DNA of 64,000 bases from the human T2T-CHM13v2.0 reference genome, Homo sapiens: the NCBI RefSeq assembly GCF_009914755.1, contig NC_060938.1; one strand, written 5' to 3'. The translations under genes and the position numbers were made by a program. Below the pieces are notes generated by a model, which saw nothing but the letters and a program-made list of their open reading frames with translations, searched no databases and had not been told where the DNA came from. Below, piece after piece: positions 46,065 through 63,528 of the stretch. Position 1 is the stretch's first letter, and every line of letters starts with the position of its first letter.

Positions 46065-48799
46065 AATAAGCTGTTATAAAATAGAATGTAGAGGCAAAAG
46101 TGCAAACAACTTAGAGATGAAAATATACACTTAAGTCAATAGTTTCCCCTTCTTTTTAATATAAAATTGTGAATAGGTATATAATCACATAGTTCAAAAA
46201 TTAAGCAACATAAAATGTGTATAGTGAGAACTCTCACCCCTATCCTGTCCTCATATGCCCTTCCTTCCCCACCCACTGGTGACCACTGTTATTAGTTTCT
46301 TTTGCATTCTTCCAGGATCTATACAAATATAAACAAATACAAATTCTATTTTTCTTCTCTTATTATAAACAGCAGTTAGTATGTTATATATACTTTCTGT
46401 ATCTTGCTATTTTATTTTAACATATCTTGGAGATCTTTTCACATCAATGAATTAGTGTGCCTTCTTGATGACTTACATCAATGCTGCCAAGGATATATGT
46501 CTGTCACCTCCAGTTTTTTAGAAGCAAAGGGAGAATATGGTCTTAATTTTTTTTGCCACTTCTCAGTTCGTTTGTTGATTACTAATAGGAATAGACACAA
46601 AGAGGTAATGCCACCTGCTGCTCCTTTAAAGCAAGAAGTTGGGAAGAAGAGAGCTATTCATTCTGTGCTGTGCCTTCTGCCTAATTCAATTTGGCTTAGA
46701 TTTGTGTTGCCTTTTTTTTCTTGTAAATAGGCCCCTGATTTTCATAATAATGTTTTGTTTCTCAGGGATGCCTTCGAACAAACACTGGTTATCTGCTTGG
46801 TTTTTCTGTTACTGTAAATTTGGATTTTAATAAAAATAAAATTTTCCTGTCTTTAATCATTTTGTCTAATTTTTAGTTTTGGCTTAAATTAGATGTGATA
46901 TTCTTTTGGATTAATCTGAATTTGCTCTGTTGTTTTCGGGTCAAAGAACCCCTACCCCTCCATCGGGCTTTTACTTTCACGTCCATTCTGAGTTTGTTTG
47001 TTCATTGTAGAAAGCTTTTACTTTGTCTCACTTGCCAATCTTTTTTTTTTTCTTGTTCTCTTCTTCTTTTTGCTGTTACTCTTTTTAAAACACCATTTCA
47101 CTTGTTAGCTACTTGACTTTGGCCTTGGTTTTCCCTTTTCCTCTTTATTTTGAACTGTTTCTATCTGAGCTCCTGTTGTAATTTATAATAAAAAGTTAGT
47201 AGAATATAGTACTTCTCTTGTGTAGCCTGACCTGATCTAGTTCTATCAACTGTTCTTTTACCAATCAGAGGTTGTTTAAGATCAATTCCAGTTCACAGTA
47301 TTAATCTTTATTATTACCTGCTTGTGTCGTCTCCCCCAAAATAATAATACATAGCTACCACCATTGTCACTGTTCCACTAATGTCATCAAAGTATGAAAA
47401 TTATTTAATTGCAGTAAGGGATAAGTAGTTGTTTTTCATACGGTTGTTTTCGCAGTGGGAAAGCTCTCACTCTGGACATCATAGATAAGATGTTACGGAG
47501 TCAGTAAAGTCCCTGAAAAGCAAAACTGAGTCATGCCTGAAATTTTTTAGGCAGGTGATGGACATTAGATTTCCTTGGATGCTTACTTTGCCAATTTCCT
47601 CTCCCCGTCACAAATAGAAACTACTAGTATTAAAAAAGACAGAATTATGGTAAGAGTAATTTTGGATATTTTCTGTCACTCTGCCATTCTTTATGGCTGT
47701 GCAGCTTCTTAACTATTTTTTATCTACTGACTCTTCACTTCAGGATACACCCTATGGCTGTTAGCTGGTCTGTCAAAGATCCAGGAAACTGATCCCTGCT
47801 TCAGTTCCACAATACCGAGTTCAGGAATGTTCTCAGACCAGGATATACTGTCTGAGAGAGATGCCTTAGAGAACCAAACTGTTCTCTAAGACCGGGCAAT
47901 AGTGCTGTCATTATATAACCCTTACACACATGAGATACCTCTGCCCAAGGAGGGGCTCTAGGCAGATTCACACTTGTTTATGAGCACAGATAGGCTGGAC
48001 CAAGAGAGACTAAATTTCTGCAGAGTCTTCTCACCCATTTAGGAGTTTTCAGTAATAACGCACACACTTTTAGTGAAGATGTTGGAGTGAAGATATGCTT
48101 CTGTCTGAATTGGAAAATGTGTTCACTTTTTTGACTGAGCTGAATTTATGCTGTGCTCTTTGGATAAATAACCTTGTTTGATTTATTCAAGTGACATTGT
48201 GTCAGGTCTTGCTATCAATCTGCACCTAGTATTGACATTTGTAAATGTAATGGCCATTCAGTTTCTAGATAACCATAACATTTACTTGACAACTCTGTAT
48301 TGCGCTTACGCTCATTCATTTTTTTTTCTGCATTTGCTTTGAACTTTGTCCTTTTGATAATCAGATGTATTAAGCCTCATATAGAAATGCCAGGATGTGT
48401 GTGTGTGTGTGTGTGTGCATATACATCTGCAAACATATGTGTACATATATACATGTATGCAAAATCCAAAATTGACAACTTATAAACTGTCATCTGCCCA
48501 TGCAAACTTGAAGAAGCTGAGCTTTTCAGCTTTTCAATATCCCAGACAGGGCACCTATCAAGTGTATCTTTCTAGGCTGCTGAACAAGAAGAGATGAACA
48601 CATGAGAAGGATATGTTTATTTACTTACTCAACAAACGTTCTAGGGGTTAGGGATATGGAGAAGAACAAGACAATGTTTCTGCCTTCATGGTATTTACAT
48701 TAAATTAGGGGAGTGCGACAACCAATAAACAGAAATGTTTTTAAAAACCTAAGGTAATAATAAGTGTTAAGAAAAAAATAAAGAGGATAGAAGGTAATA

Positions 48800-50183
<1,384 letters not shown>

Positions 50184-50686
50184 AAGGCAGTTTTTTTTAA
50201 AAAAAAAGTGATAAAAGGGTGAGTGATTTCAAATAGGTTGGTTCAGGGAAGGCCTCTCCAAGGAGCTGTCAGTTGAGCAGAGACCTGAGTAAATGAGGGC
50301 GTGAATGATGCAGTGATTAGAGATGAGTGTGCAAGCAAACATACAAGTTCTTAGGGAACTTAACAATTTAGCAGTAACAGAAGGCCAGTGCTATTAGAGT
50401 AGACTGAACAAGGGGAATGGTGATGGTAGATAAGGCTGGAGATGAAGGCAGGTGTTGTAGGTCATGATAAGTTTAGGTTTTATTTTGAGCATGAAAGAAG
50501 GTCACTGAAATGATTTTTAACCAATTTACTTTTTTTTAAAAAAAAAAAAAAAAAAACCTCACTGGCTGCTTTGTAGAAAATCAGTAGTATTAAGCAAAAA
50601 TAGGGTGATTGGTTAGGAGACCTCAGAGGTAGATTAGGGTAAAAGGTGGTTTAGGCTGGAACCAGTGGTGGTAATGGAGGTGCTAA

Positions 50687-51317
50687 CGATACAGGAACTA
50701 GAAGAAATTATTAGGTAGATGATGAGGGCAAGAGTCCTTAGCAAGGTTTCCCTTTTTAACTAAAAGCAGCCCCCGAGTCATTTCTTTTCTAACAAAGAGT
50801 GGCCTGAAAAATCGAGCTGCAGACAGAGATAAGCAAGCTGGAAGTTTGCACAGGTGAATGCCGGCCGCTGTGCCAACAGAAAAGGGCTGCCTGAGGGCCA
50901 GGCATGTTCAACATGGAGGCTCCATCTTCCCTTTTCTTAGTCACCACGTGCACAGTAAAGAACCAGGCAATATGGCAATGGCCAAGTAAAAAACCCATCC
51001 GCATAATAAAAGATTAGGGTGGGGCAGCCAGCTTCTTTGAGTGCTATGCAAATGGCATACCTGGTCCAACCAATCTTTCGAGCCCTGTGTAAATCAGACA
51101 CTGCCTCCTCAAGCTTATCTATAAAACTTCCTGCATTTCACTGTGGAAGTGGCAATCCATTTTCCCCAGGACCCCTCTCTGCACAGAGAGCTCTTCTCTT
51201 TCTTTCGCCTATTAAACCTCCGCTTTTAACCTTACTTCTTGTGTGTCCACATCCTTGATTTCCTTGGCATGAGGCAGCAAACCTCAGGTATTACCTTAGA
51301 TGAATGATGCTGCTTCA
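50687..51317 (+). mobile_element. Solo ERV1 LTR, MER50-like, inserted in L2
   Basis: Starts (C/T)GATACAGGAACTAGAAGAAATTATTAGG, has TATA (CTATAAAA ~51119) and ATTAAA (~51211), ends GCTGCTTCA. Confidence 0.7.
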
Positions 51318-51374
51318 GTAAGAAGAGGTTGGATTCTGGAGATATTTGAAGGTAGAGCAGATAGGACTTACCTA

Positions 51375-51600
51375 TATTTACATAGATATAAGGAAATATA
51401 TATATATATAGAGAGATATATATATAGAAATATATATATTTCTATATATCTACATATAGAAAAAAATATATATTTCTATATATCTATATATATATTTCTA
51501 TATATCTATATATATAAAAAATATATATTTCTATATATCTATATATATAGAATAAGACTTACCTTATTTCTATAGATATATAGAAAATAAAATATGAGTA
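51375..51600. repeat. (TA)n-rich low-complexity tract
   Basis: Interrupted TATATA repeats, bracketed by GACTTACCT at ~51366 and ~51556. Confidence 0.9.
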
Positions 51601-52771
51601 AAAAATAGGAATTTAGAAAGGTTCCTAAGTTTTCAGCTTGACCTGCTGGGTGAATGGAGTTGCCATCTACCAAGACACCGCTAACAGAGGAGCAGTTTTG
51701 GCATGGTAATCAAAAGTTTCTTTTAAGGCTGTCACGTTTGAAAAGCTAGACCTCCAGATGGACATGTGGATTACACAGTTGGGTATATGAGTTTGGAGTC
51801 CAAGGGAAGAGGTTTAAGCTAGATAAATACATTTGGAAGTCATTAGCACATAGGTGGTGTTTAAACCAAATTATCTGGACGATATCACTTGGGGACAGAA
51901 GTCAGGAGAAAGAGAAGGATCTAGCAAATGTGTTTGAGGAGACATTAATGAGGTAGAAGGAAAACCAAGAAGTAGCATGCCTTGGAGGGCAAGTGAAGAA
52001 AGCGTTTTAACACAAGAGACTGATCGAGGTCACTGCTCACCTTGACGAGCAGTCTCAGCGGGGTAACAAAGATGATATCTTTATTAGAGCGGACACCAGA
52101 AAGAATGAGAGGTGAGGAAATAGAGGCAGCAAGTGCAAACAACGAAATTTTGCTATAAAGGGAAGTGGTAGCTGGGGGAAAGGATGTGGGTTCAGGAGAA
52201 GGTTTTTTCCTTTTTTTTTAAATGATGGGAGGCATTTTGAACTGGAAAGAAGCCAACTGGGACTTGGGTGTGATCTGAAGAAGAGAAGATGGCCTGTACC
52301 ATAGTCTGAGAGTTAAATGGCACCTTTATTGATTATTGATATAATACCCTATGGCTTGCTTATAGTACAGTTACACCTGTGTTGTGTGATAGGGAGCCTT
52401 GCCAATGGAAGCAAATTGGTCTAAGATAGAAGCTTGGTTTTGACTTGATAGCTGCCCATAAGAGGGCAGCAGAGCAGAGCTAGGAAATTAAAAACAACAA
52501 CAACAATAATAACAACAACAAAGAAAAACTCTGCAAGGTGATCCCTGCAGGGTAAAGACTTTTTAGCAAACTCTTTAAAGATATTAAAGAAAGTTCAGCC
52601 CTTCCTCCCCAGAGCCTCAGTGCTAGATTCTTGCTTAGAGACCCCAAAGGCTCCAGACTTGGGAATACAACTGGTAACATGGCAGACTATGAGCCCTGCA
52701 GGGGAGGGAGCAACTGTAAAGCTGATTGAGTGTAAAAGAATGGCTAGTACAGAAGGAAGATGTAGCTGTTA

Positions 52772-52996
<225 letters not shown>

Positions 52997-54946
52997 TCAG
53001 CTACTTGGGAGTCTGAGGCAGGAGGATCACTTGAGCCCAGGAACTCCAGGTTACAGTGAGCAATGATCATGCCACTGCTCTCCAGCTTGGGTGATAAAGC
53101 GAGACCCTATCCCTCTCTAAAAAACAAGACAAAACAATAACAATAAAACAAATTAGTCTGGACCATTGTCATTATGAACAGACTATTTTTCCAAAGTAAT
53201 CACTGCAATTTACTATCATTCCATAAAAGCCATTGATGCTGAATTCCAATGTGTGTGGCTAAATTTTACCAAAAAAACCTAGTATAGAAGGACTTAATTT
53301 ATGCTGGGAGGAAGGGAGACACTCATGCTGAGATTGGACCTTTAATGTGAATATTCACAGCAGGTAATATGTACATAGTGCTTTATAGTTTACAAAATAT
53401 TTTACATTTTTTGGTCCTTTTTAGTTGTGATAATTACTGAGACCCTTGAGCAAGTATCATTGATATTTTTCTCATTTTCATTTTTCTGATTTAAAAAGGC
53501 TTAGAGAAAGGTTATCTGACTTTTCCAATACCACACAGCAAAGGAATAGCTAAGCTATTCCTTCAGGCTCAGAACTTTTGTCACCATAGCATTAGATCTA
53601 CATAAAGAGATGGGGATGGAGAATGTGTAAAAAGGCATCACGTTTAGGTTGAATGAAAAGCCAGAGAGTAGTTAAGTTTGGTGGTAAACAGAAGATGAAA
53701 GGAGGTAGTGAAGAACTGTCTTCTATTAATATTATTATTATGATTTTTTTAAGAGATACAATCTTGATCTGTTACCCAGGCTCTGTGGAATGCACTAGTA
53801 TGATCATAGCTCTCTGCATCCTTGAACTCCAAGGCTCAAGCAATCCTCTTGCCTCAAACTCCTGAGTAGCTGGGACTACAGGCACATATCACCACACCCA
53901 GCTGATTAAAAAAATTTTTTTTTGTAGAAACAAAGTCTTGCTATGTTGCCCAGGCTGGTCTCGAATTCCTGGCCTCAAGTGATCCTAGCACCTCGGCCTC
54001 CTAAAGTATTGGGATTACAGGCATGAGCCAACGTACCTGGCCTTATATTATTTTTAAACTTATTTATATAGAAGAATCAAATTTACTCTGTGCAACTTTG
54101 GAGAGTTGACTAGGACAGGAGAGCCCACTCAATATTAGAAAAAGAGCTCTACAAAAAAGACATTGTTACGTTACATTCCTGAAATGTTGAAATAGGGGCT
54201 AGAGGAATATTTGACAACGCTGTAGAGAGAAATAGTTGACCTTATGACCTCTAAAATTCCTTTCAAGATATTTTATCTGCAAAAACCTGAATAGCAACAA
54301 CTATAGTTCCACAACACTCTAGTTCTACAGAAGGAGGGTGGGATGTTACACTGTGCTTTCATGTTTCAATAATTATATATCTATCCATGCATGTCCACTT
54401 CTGCTTGATGCCACTGAAGTGGGACCTGAGGAGCTGGGGTGCTAGGGCAGAAAGAGTAAGGTCTGTGCCCGATCCTAGACAAAAGTGGAAGCAATTCACT
54501 GCTTCATCCATCACGGAAGGGCAACTCTTTAGCTTAGCAAACTGAGAAATTTTCAGGCTCAACACCAGCAGGAATTCAATTTGCAGCAAGATAGACCTCA
54601 GGGGATTGAGGCAATGATTCAGAGAGGATGGGTGGGGTAGGGTTACACAGGAACTTTAGAGAAAGAATCTTTGTGGGTGGAAGCCTTGGGCAGAGGTGCA
54701 CTCAGTAGAGAAGAAAGCCATTTGTTCCAGAACAGCAGTTTGAAAGGGGTGTGTTTTGTGTGGGCAATGGTGTATGAGGAAAGGGTTTGTGAGGAAGAAG
54801 CATGTGGGGCTACTAACAGGCACAGAAACACTTGTTGAGAAATGTTGTTCATAGGGGGATTGCTTTGCTGGGGCCCAGGAGCAGGTGGTTTGGTGCAGTG
54901 AAAGAGGCCAGAGGGGCAGAAAGAAGGGTCCTAGCTGTGGCCTTAA

Positions 54947-54961
54947 ACACACACATACGCA

Positions 54962-54991
<30 letters not shown>
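54947..54991. repeat. (CA)n microsatellite
   Basis: ACACACACATACGCACACACATACACAC... Confidence 0.9.
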
Positions 54992-54992
<1 letters not shown>

Positions 54993-55781
54993 CAAAAAGC
55001 AAGGAAGAACCCCTTATCCTCTCAGCCAAGATAAGCAAGCGCTGTTACCAGCTAGGTGTGCTTACTATGGATTTTATACATTTTAGAGAAAATTTCTAAT
55101 GCCCATTTGTCCTGAACTTTTTACTTGGAATATCGTTAAGTTTACGGAAAAGTAGAAAGGATCATGTAATGAACACTAGTGTACCTCTCACCTAAACCAT
55201 CAATAGTCAATAATCTGCTACATACATTTGTTTTCTCCTGAGCCATTTGAAAGTAAATTGCTGCAGACAATTTGCCTATCAGTCCATTTTTGAATATATT
55301 GGCACGCATCTCTAAGAATAAGGACATTCTCTTACATAATAGCATTGCCATTATGAAGATCTTACCTATGAAGATCCACATTAATTCATAAGATCTGCAT
55401 GTGTGTTACTTATCAGTACGTCTTATAATGGATTCTGAATGCTTTCCCTTTTCTTATTTCTCTAGCTGTCATCTTTGAAGGTAAAACCTCGACTGCATAT
55501 CTGGCCAGCCAGGCCAGGCCAAAGTACCTGTATACTGGGTGAGGGGATAAGAAAGACTCTCTCAAAGAGCACAGGAACCTGGAAGCCTGTCAGAGGTCAC
55601 CTCTCACGGAAGCCCAGGACGCTTCCTTCCTGCTGAGCTAATCTTAACTGCTGACCTCCACGCATTGCTCAGGGCTCCCTCCCTCCCTTCTTCCCTATTT
55701 CCTTCCTTCCCTTTCCTCTCCTTTCCTGTCTCTTTCACCAAACCTTAACGGACAACTCTTCTGTGCTAACTTCTGTGCCAG

Positions 55782-56020
55782 TGTATTAGTCCGTTTTCAT
55801 GTTGCTGATAAAGACATATCAGAGACTGGGAAGAAAAGGTGGTTTAATTTGACTTACAGTTCCACATGGCTGGGGAGGTCTCACAATCATGGCAGAGGGT
55901 GAAAGGCACTTCTTACTTGGAGGAGGCAAGAGGGAATGAGGAAGATGCAAAAGTGGAAACCCCTGATAAAACCATCAGATCTCGTGAGACTTATTCACTA
56001 CCACGACCAAACCATATCAG
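55782..56020. mobile_element. THE1/MST (MaLR) LTR, internally deleted
   Basis: TGTATTAGTCCGTTTTCATGTTGCTGATAAAGACATA...CCATCAGATCTCGTGAGACTTATTCACTA joined directly to the terminal CCAAACCATATCA. Confidence 0.75.
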
Positions 56021-59000
56021 CCAGTATCTGCCATCCCAAGTGAACTTAGTCTGTGAACTCAAAATAGTGCTGGCCAGGCATGGTGGCTCACGTCTGTAAT
56101 CCCAGCGCTTTGGGCGGCCAAGGCGGGGGGATCATGAGGTCAGGAGATCGAGACCATCCTGGCTGACATGGCGAAACCCTGTCTCCACTAAAATACAAAA
56201 AAATTAGCAGGGCGTGGTGGCACATGCCTGTAGTCCCAGCTACTAAGGAGGTTGAGGCAGAAGAATGGAAGAATGGCTTGAACCCAAGAGGCAGAGGTTG
56301 CAGTGAGCCGAGATCGCGCCACTGCCCTCCATCCTGGCAACAGAGTGAGACTCTGTCTCAAAAAAAAAAAAAAAAAGTTCAGAAAAGGCAGAGTTTCTTC
56401 TGGCGAGTCATTCCTTTCTTTGGCTCTGTGACCCGCCCTTTAGGAGCATCGTGCAGATGGACTGGCTTGTCCACCTGGTGGCCCTATCAGGGTATATGGG
56501 CTTGGCATGGAAAAAGCCTCTGCTCCTTGGATCACTAATATTACCTTCATCATCATCATTACCTGACCAGAGTACTAGACACAGTTTCATGAAGAGAAAG
56601 CAAACCCTTTCATCCTGAAATTTTAACTCAGTTGCTCCTCCCATGGGGTGATTCTTGGTGCAGGGGAGATATCTATTTGCAAATTGAGGGGCATTTGTGT
56701 CTACCTTCTTGACTTAGGTGGTTTCTGTTTTGTTTCTCGTTATGGTTGTTGGCTGTCCTTTCAAGATTGTTTCTACGCGTCAAAAAGTCTGTGAGCTAAT
56801 TTTAACATGTCAGGCATCTTACTGGAAACCACACATTTACTCCGAATAAAGCTACAACATGCTAACTAAAACTAAGTTTGTTTGAACTATTCAAACCATT
56901 GTGGTCATCTCATTCTTACTAAAAACTTTTTCTGGTAAGTTTCATTTATTTATTTATTTTTATTAGTACAAATGGGAAAATAAAGTGGTGATTCATAGGT
57001 ATAAATATTATATGGCAAAATTTCTTCAACACTTGAAATTATTAGTACCACCTGAGAATTACATCAGGTCAAATCAGCATTTGGTAAATAGTAGTCACCA
57101 TTTGTAGAATTAAACCATCCAAACTTCTAATCTATCACCTAGGGCTAAGGACTCACACACTTCAGCTCTGGGGACCAAAATGCTGGCTTCAGGAAGCATA
57201 ATGATTTTAGCCTCGATACAATGATGGCATAATCAATCGAGTTGTATCCTGCCTCTTTTCTCTCACCTAAATTTGATTTGTGTGATTATTTATTGCAGAC
57301 AGTTTTGCAAGCTGACTTTAATCCTATCTTGGAATGAGGTGGAGTATAAAAGAATACAAATCAACAAACATGCTAATGTATTTTAAGAAGGAGATAGGAG
57401 AGTTTGGAAATTGGAAAGGGAAATTCTAAATTTTGAGAATTGCTTTCTACTAAACCATCATTGTCCAGGAGTAAGACACTAGCTCACTTCTTAATTTCAA
57501 GTCAGAAACATTTTCCCAAGCTTATCCTGGCCCGAAGGAACTGTGACGCTGCTGACCACTGATGCTCACCAAGCAATCATCTCTTTGAGGTTTGGTCTCC
57601 CACTTGAGTCAGGGAGAGAATGTATGGGGCAGGTTTATTTTCACTGCACATATTTTTCAATGTAGATCTTGTTCATAGTTTTAACTGGGGATTGGTTGGT
57701 GTGAGTCACTCGCAAGAAACTGAAAAATGCGCTGGACACAGTGGCTCATGCCTGTAATCCCAGCACTTTGGGAGGCTGAGGCAGGCAGATCACCTGAGGT
57801 CAGGAGTTCAAGATGACCCTGGCCAAAATGGTGAAACCCCATGTCTACTAAAAATACAAAAATTAGCCAGGTGTGGTGGCGGGTGCCTGTAATCCCAGCT
57901 ACTTGGGAGGCTGAGGCAGGAGAAGCTTGAACTCGGGAGGTGGTGGTTGCAGTGAGCCGAGATCACGCCACTGCACTCCAGCCTGGGCGACAAGAGTGAG
58001 ACTCCATCTCAAAAAAAAAGAAACTGAAAAACTCAGATAAGATCAAGTTTGCACCTGTAAGTTGTGGATAGGATCCAATGTATCTTGGATAATTGTGCAG
58101 CCTCCACCTCCTGAAACCCTTTCTGGGTGTCCATCTGGTTTTTTTGGACATGGTCCCCCAGATACATTTGCTAAGTTACAACTATATCTTAACAAATATT
58201 TATAGGGACCTATGGGGGCTGGGAATAATAAAAAGGGTCTAATAGGTTGGGCAACCCCATCTCTACATCTCTACAAAAAATTAAAACATTAGCTGGATAT
58301 GGTGGTGCCCACCTGTACTCCCAGCTACCTGGGAAGGAATTTTTAAAATTTTATTTAAAAAAAGGAAAGAAAAAAGAACCCATGATGATCAAAAGATTAG
58401 AAGCTACCAGTTTAGCTGGTACATCTTCTTCAGACTTTAGTGGTTTTGTCATTTGGATTGAACGCAGTTCCCACTGAAACTTATTTGGCCACTATCTGAA
58501 GTTGAAATATCACACAGTGACAATTGTTTGAAAATTTCAGCTCCCCTTCTCCTGCCTCCTCTTCATCTCTAAGTATTTTCACTCCCATCTACTCATGGCA
58601 GTATCTGGCCACTGCCCATTCTCAGACCAGAAAGGGATCAGGAAAAGGCCAGTGTGTGGGGTGAGGCTGACTTCCAACAGTTGAGCTAGTACAGAGCCAC
58701 TGAGCATTTCCCTCCCTAGGGCTCACTCTTCCTCAAAACTGCTAGTGTCTTGCAGATCCTCTCTCAAAACAAAAGAGGAAGTCAGAGGTGGAGCAGGGAG
58801 TGGTTTGAACTACTGGTTTTACTGGAAAAGGATTCCTGTTCCAAACCTCAAGAGCAAGTTCTTCGATCTTGAGCAGGAAAGAATTAAGGACAGGGCGCAG
58901 AGTACAGTATAGTTAAAACAGTTCATTAGAAACTACTCTATTACAGAGTAGGGCATCCTCAGAGAGCAAGAGGAGGAATGCCCCTACTTTAAATGTAATG

Positions 59001-59036
59001 CTTGCTTATACAGGATATTAAGGTTAAGAATAGTTT

Positions 59037-59380
<344 letters not shown>

Positions 59381-59687
59381 CTATTGATTTCAGCAATAAT
59401 TTATGAGTGTAGTATTATCTTTAAAGTGAAACCCATGTTTATTTTTATGTATTTATTTGCTTACACCTTCACCACCACAAGAAACCCTCCCACCCACCTT
59501 TTTTTTTAAGACAGAATTTCACTCTTGTCGCCCAGGCTGGAGTGCAGTGGTGCGATCTTGGCTCACTGTAGCCTCCACCTCCTTGACTCGATCCTCTTTG
59601 ATCCTCTGGATTCTCTCACCTCAGTCTCCATGCCCAGCTAATTTTTATTTTTATTTTTTTATAGAGATAGGATTCTACCATGTTGCC

Positions 59688-60054
59688 TGTCACGTGTGTC
59701 CGTGTGAAGAGACCACCAACGGGCTTTGTGTGAGCAATAAAGCTTTTTAATCACCTGGGTGCAGGCGGACTGAGTCCAAAAAAGGAGTCAGCAAAGGGAG
59801 ATGGGGTGGGGCTGTTTTATAGGATTTGGGTAGGTAGTGGAAAATTACAGTCAAAGGGGATTGTTCTCTGGCGGGCAGGGGTGGGGGTCACAAGGTGCTC
59901 AGTAGGGGAGCTTCTGAGCCAGGAGAAGGAATTTCACAAGGTAGTGTCATCAGTTAAGGAAGGAATCGACTGTTTTCACTTCTTTTGTGATTCTTCAGTT
60001 GCTTCAGGCCATCCGGATACTTACACGTGCAAGCTTGGGCTCAGACGCCTGACA
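59688..60054 (-). mobile_element. Solo HERV-H LTR (LTR7 family) inserted into an antisense Alu
   Basis: Reverse complement begins TGTCAGGCGTCTGAGCCCAAGC and ends ...GGTGGTCTCTTCACACGGACACACGTGACA; 5-bp TSD TTGCC at 59683-59687 and 60055-60059. Confidence 0.88.
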
Positions 60055-60404
60055 TTGCCCATGGCTGGTTTGAACTCCTGAGATCAAGCAATCTAACTGC
60101 CTTGGCCTCCTGAAGTGCTGGGATTACAGGTGTGAGCCACCATGCCATCCAAGAAACCCATTTTTAAACTAAGAATGCCTTTTTCCATCAACTCATTTCC
60201 TCAACCATAAACATTTTGTGATTAACAGTGCCCAATTTCCTGGGAAAGTAACCCAGCAGGTTTGGCTTCATCTGGCCTTTATTCAAGATGAGTCACTCTG
60301 ATTGGGACACCTCGAATACTGGTGCAAATACCCAAAATGAAACAAAACTGCCTGAACTTACTCATTACCCCCTTCCTTACAAAGCCAGCAGACTTCCTTT
60401 TTGT

Positions 60405-60735
60405 AATTTCCTTCCCCTTCAAGTTTCCTTTCCTTTCCTGTTCTTTCTTTTTTTTCATTCCTTTTTCCTTTCCTTTCTCCTTTCCTCTTTCCTGTCCTTT
60501 CCCCTTTCCTTTCCTTTTCTTTTCTTCTTTTCTTTTCTTTCCTTTCTCCCTTCCCTTCCTTCCCCTCCGCTCCCCTCCCCGCTTCTCCCTTTTCCCTCCC
60601 TTCCCCTCCCTTTCCCTTGCCCTTTCCTCCCCTCCTCTTCCTTCCTCTCCCTGCTCTCCCCTCCCTTCCTTTCCCTTCCTTTTCCTTTCCTTTACCTTTC
60701 CCTTCCTTTTCCTTTCCTTTCTTCTCCTTTCCATT
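60405..60735. repeat. ~330-bp polypyrimidine/polypurine (CTTTC/CCCTT)n tract
   Basis: Almost only C/T on the plus strand. Confidence 0.92.
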
Positions 60736-62163
60736 ATGGAAATTTTTAAACATGCACTGAAATTAGAAAGAAGCATATGATTTAATCCCCAAGTGCCCAT
60801 TACATGCAGCTTCAACAGTAATCAACATTTTGCTCATCTTGTTTCATCTCTTCTCCTTATTTTGTTATTTTTACTTATTTGTTTATTGCTGCAGTATTTT
60901 AAAGTTAATTGTGAGTTTATTTTTAATGGAGTCTCTGTCTCCCCATGGTACAACTTGAGGCTGGGCAGAGGAAACCAAGCTTGATGAGTTCAGTGCCTCT
61001 GCCTGCCTCCCTGGCTCTCCATTGCCGCCTCACAGTTGGAATCAGGTGCGAAAGCTATTTCACAACCTGATATTTATTCTTCTCATAAATGTTGTTGACT
61101 ACCTTCATTGTTCCACACACTTTGCTTGGCACTGAGGACAAGAAGAGAGATGGCATAGGAAGCTCTCAGCTCAGTGTGCTGGAAGATAAGTAAAAGGGCA
61201 ATCCTGACGGTTTGGCCTGATTATTTCCACAGGTGGAAGAGTTTTATTTACCATATAGGCCTTCTTAAGTTTGCTTCGTAAATCTAGAGCCATATACTAT
61301 TCACAAGGCCACAGAATGAACTTCTTTCTAGAAGTTTCCTTAAGAAATCTCAGACTGACTTTTAAAAGCCTCTATTATTTGCTGTTGTGAGGTTAGAAAA
61401 ACCAAGCTCAAGAATCTCTTTCCACTAGATTTTTACCCACAGTACCTATACATTTGGATGAATTTCTTTCTTCTCAAGTTTCTCATATTTTCTTGAAGTT
61501 TCTTACCTGCCAAGAAGGTAAGGAGCCAAGAACTAGGAAGTGACCTTCCTCACCTCCTGCAAGACTGGGACTCTGTAAGCCAGATCCCAGGTGGGTTTTT
61601 CTGAGAGGATTTTGTAGGCATTGGCTCATCAAAGCTGATTAAAGGAGCACCATTCTCAAAAGTGACATTCTGGCCCACACCTTGGTTGTGTAACTGTTTT
61701 TCTGTTATATCCTGGCAAAAAAGAGAAAAGATTCTTGCTGAACCTATTCAGATAACTATACTGTTATAAAATGTAAGAAAGGAGGTAAGAGTTTCTGAAT
61801 TCTTAGTTGGAGTATGTGGGTCAGTAAGAATCAGATATCATTTAAAAATGTTTATTTTTGATAAATATTTTAATTTTCAAAAGCTCCTAACTTATGAATT
61901 AGAGAGATTTTAAGAAGAAAGGAAAAAACCTTGTTTATATGTTCAGAATAGAACATTAAAACAACATCAACATTAAAGCAGAACTTTAAAACAATATTCC
62001 AAACAAATAACTACAACGTTTCTTTATAAGTTCATTCAGCTTTACATAATTAATTCTTATTCTGTTGAAACTTGAGTTAACTGTCATGAAGAGGTTTTTT
62101 TTTTAAATAAAAAAACTAAAATGAGTTTTGGAAATCTGGAGTCAGTCTACAGGTTTGATATAA

Positions 62164-63528
<1,365 letters not shown>

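Noticed and set aside
46470-48300. Unique-looking AT-rich DNA as an RNase A-family or olfactory receptor pseudogene
   Set aside because: Manual translation of the stretches I tried showed no recognisable motifs.
60279-60815. Four long overlapping ORFs (131-178 aa)
   Set aside because: Artefacts of the C/T simple repeat.
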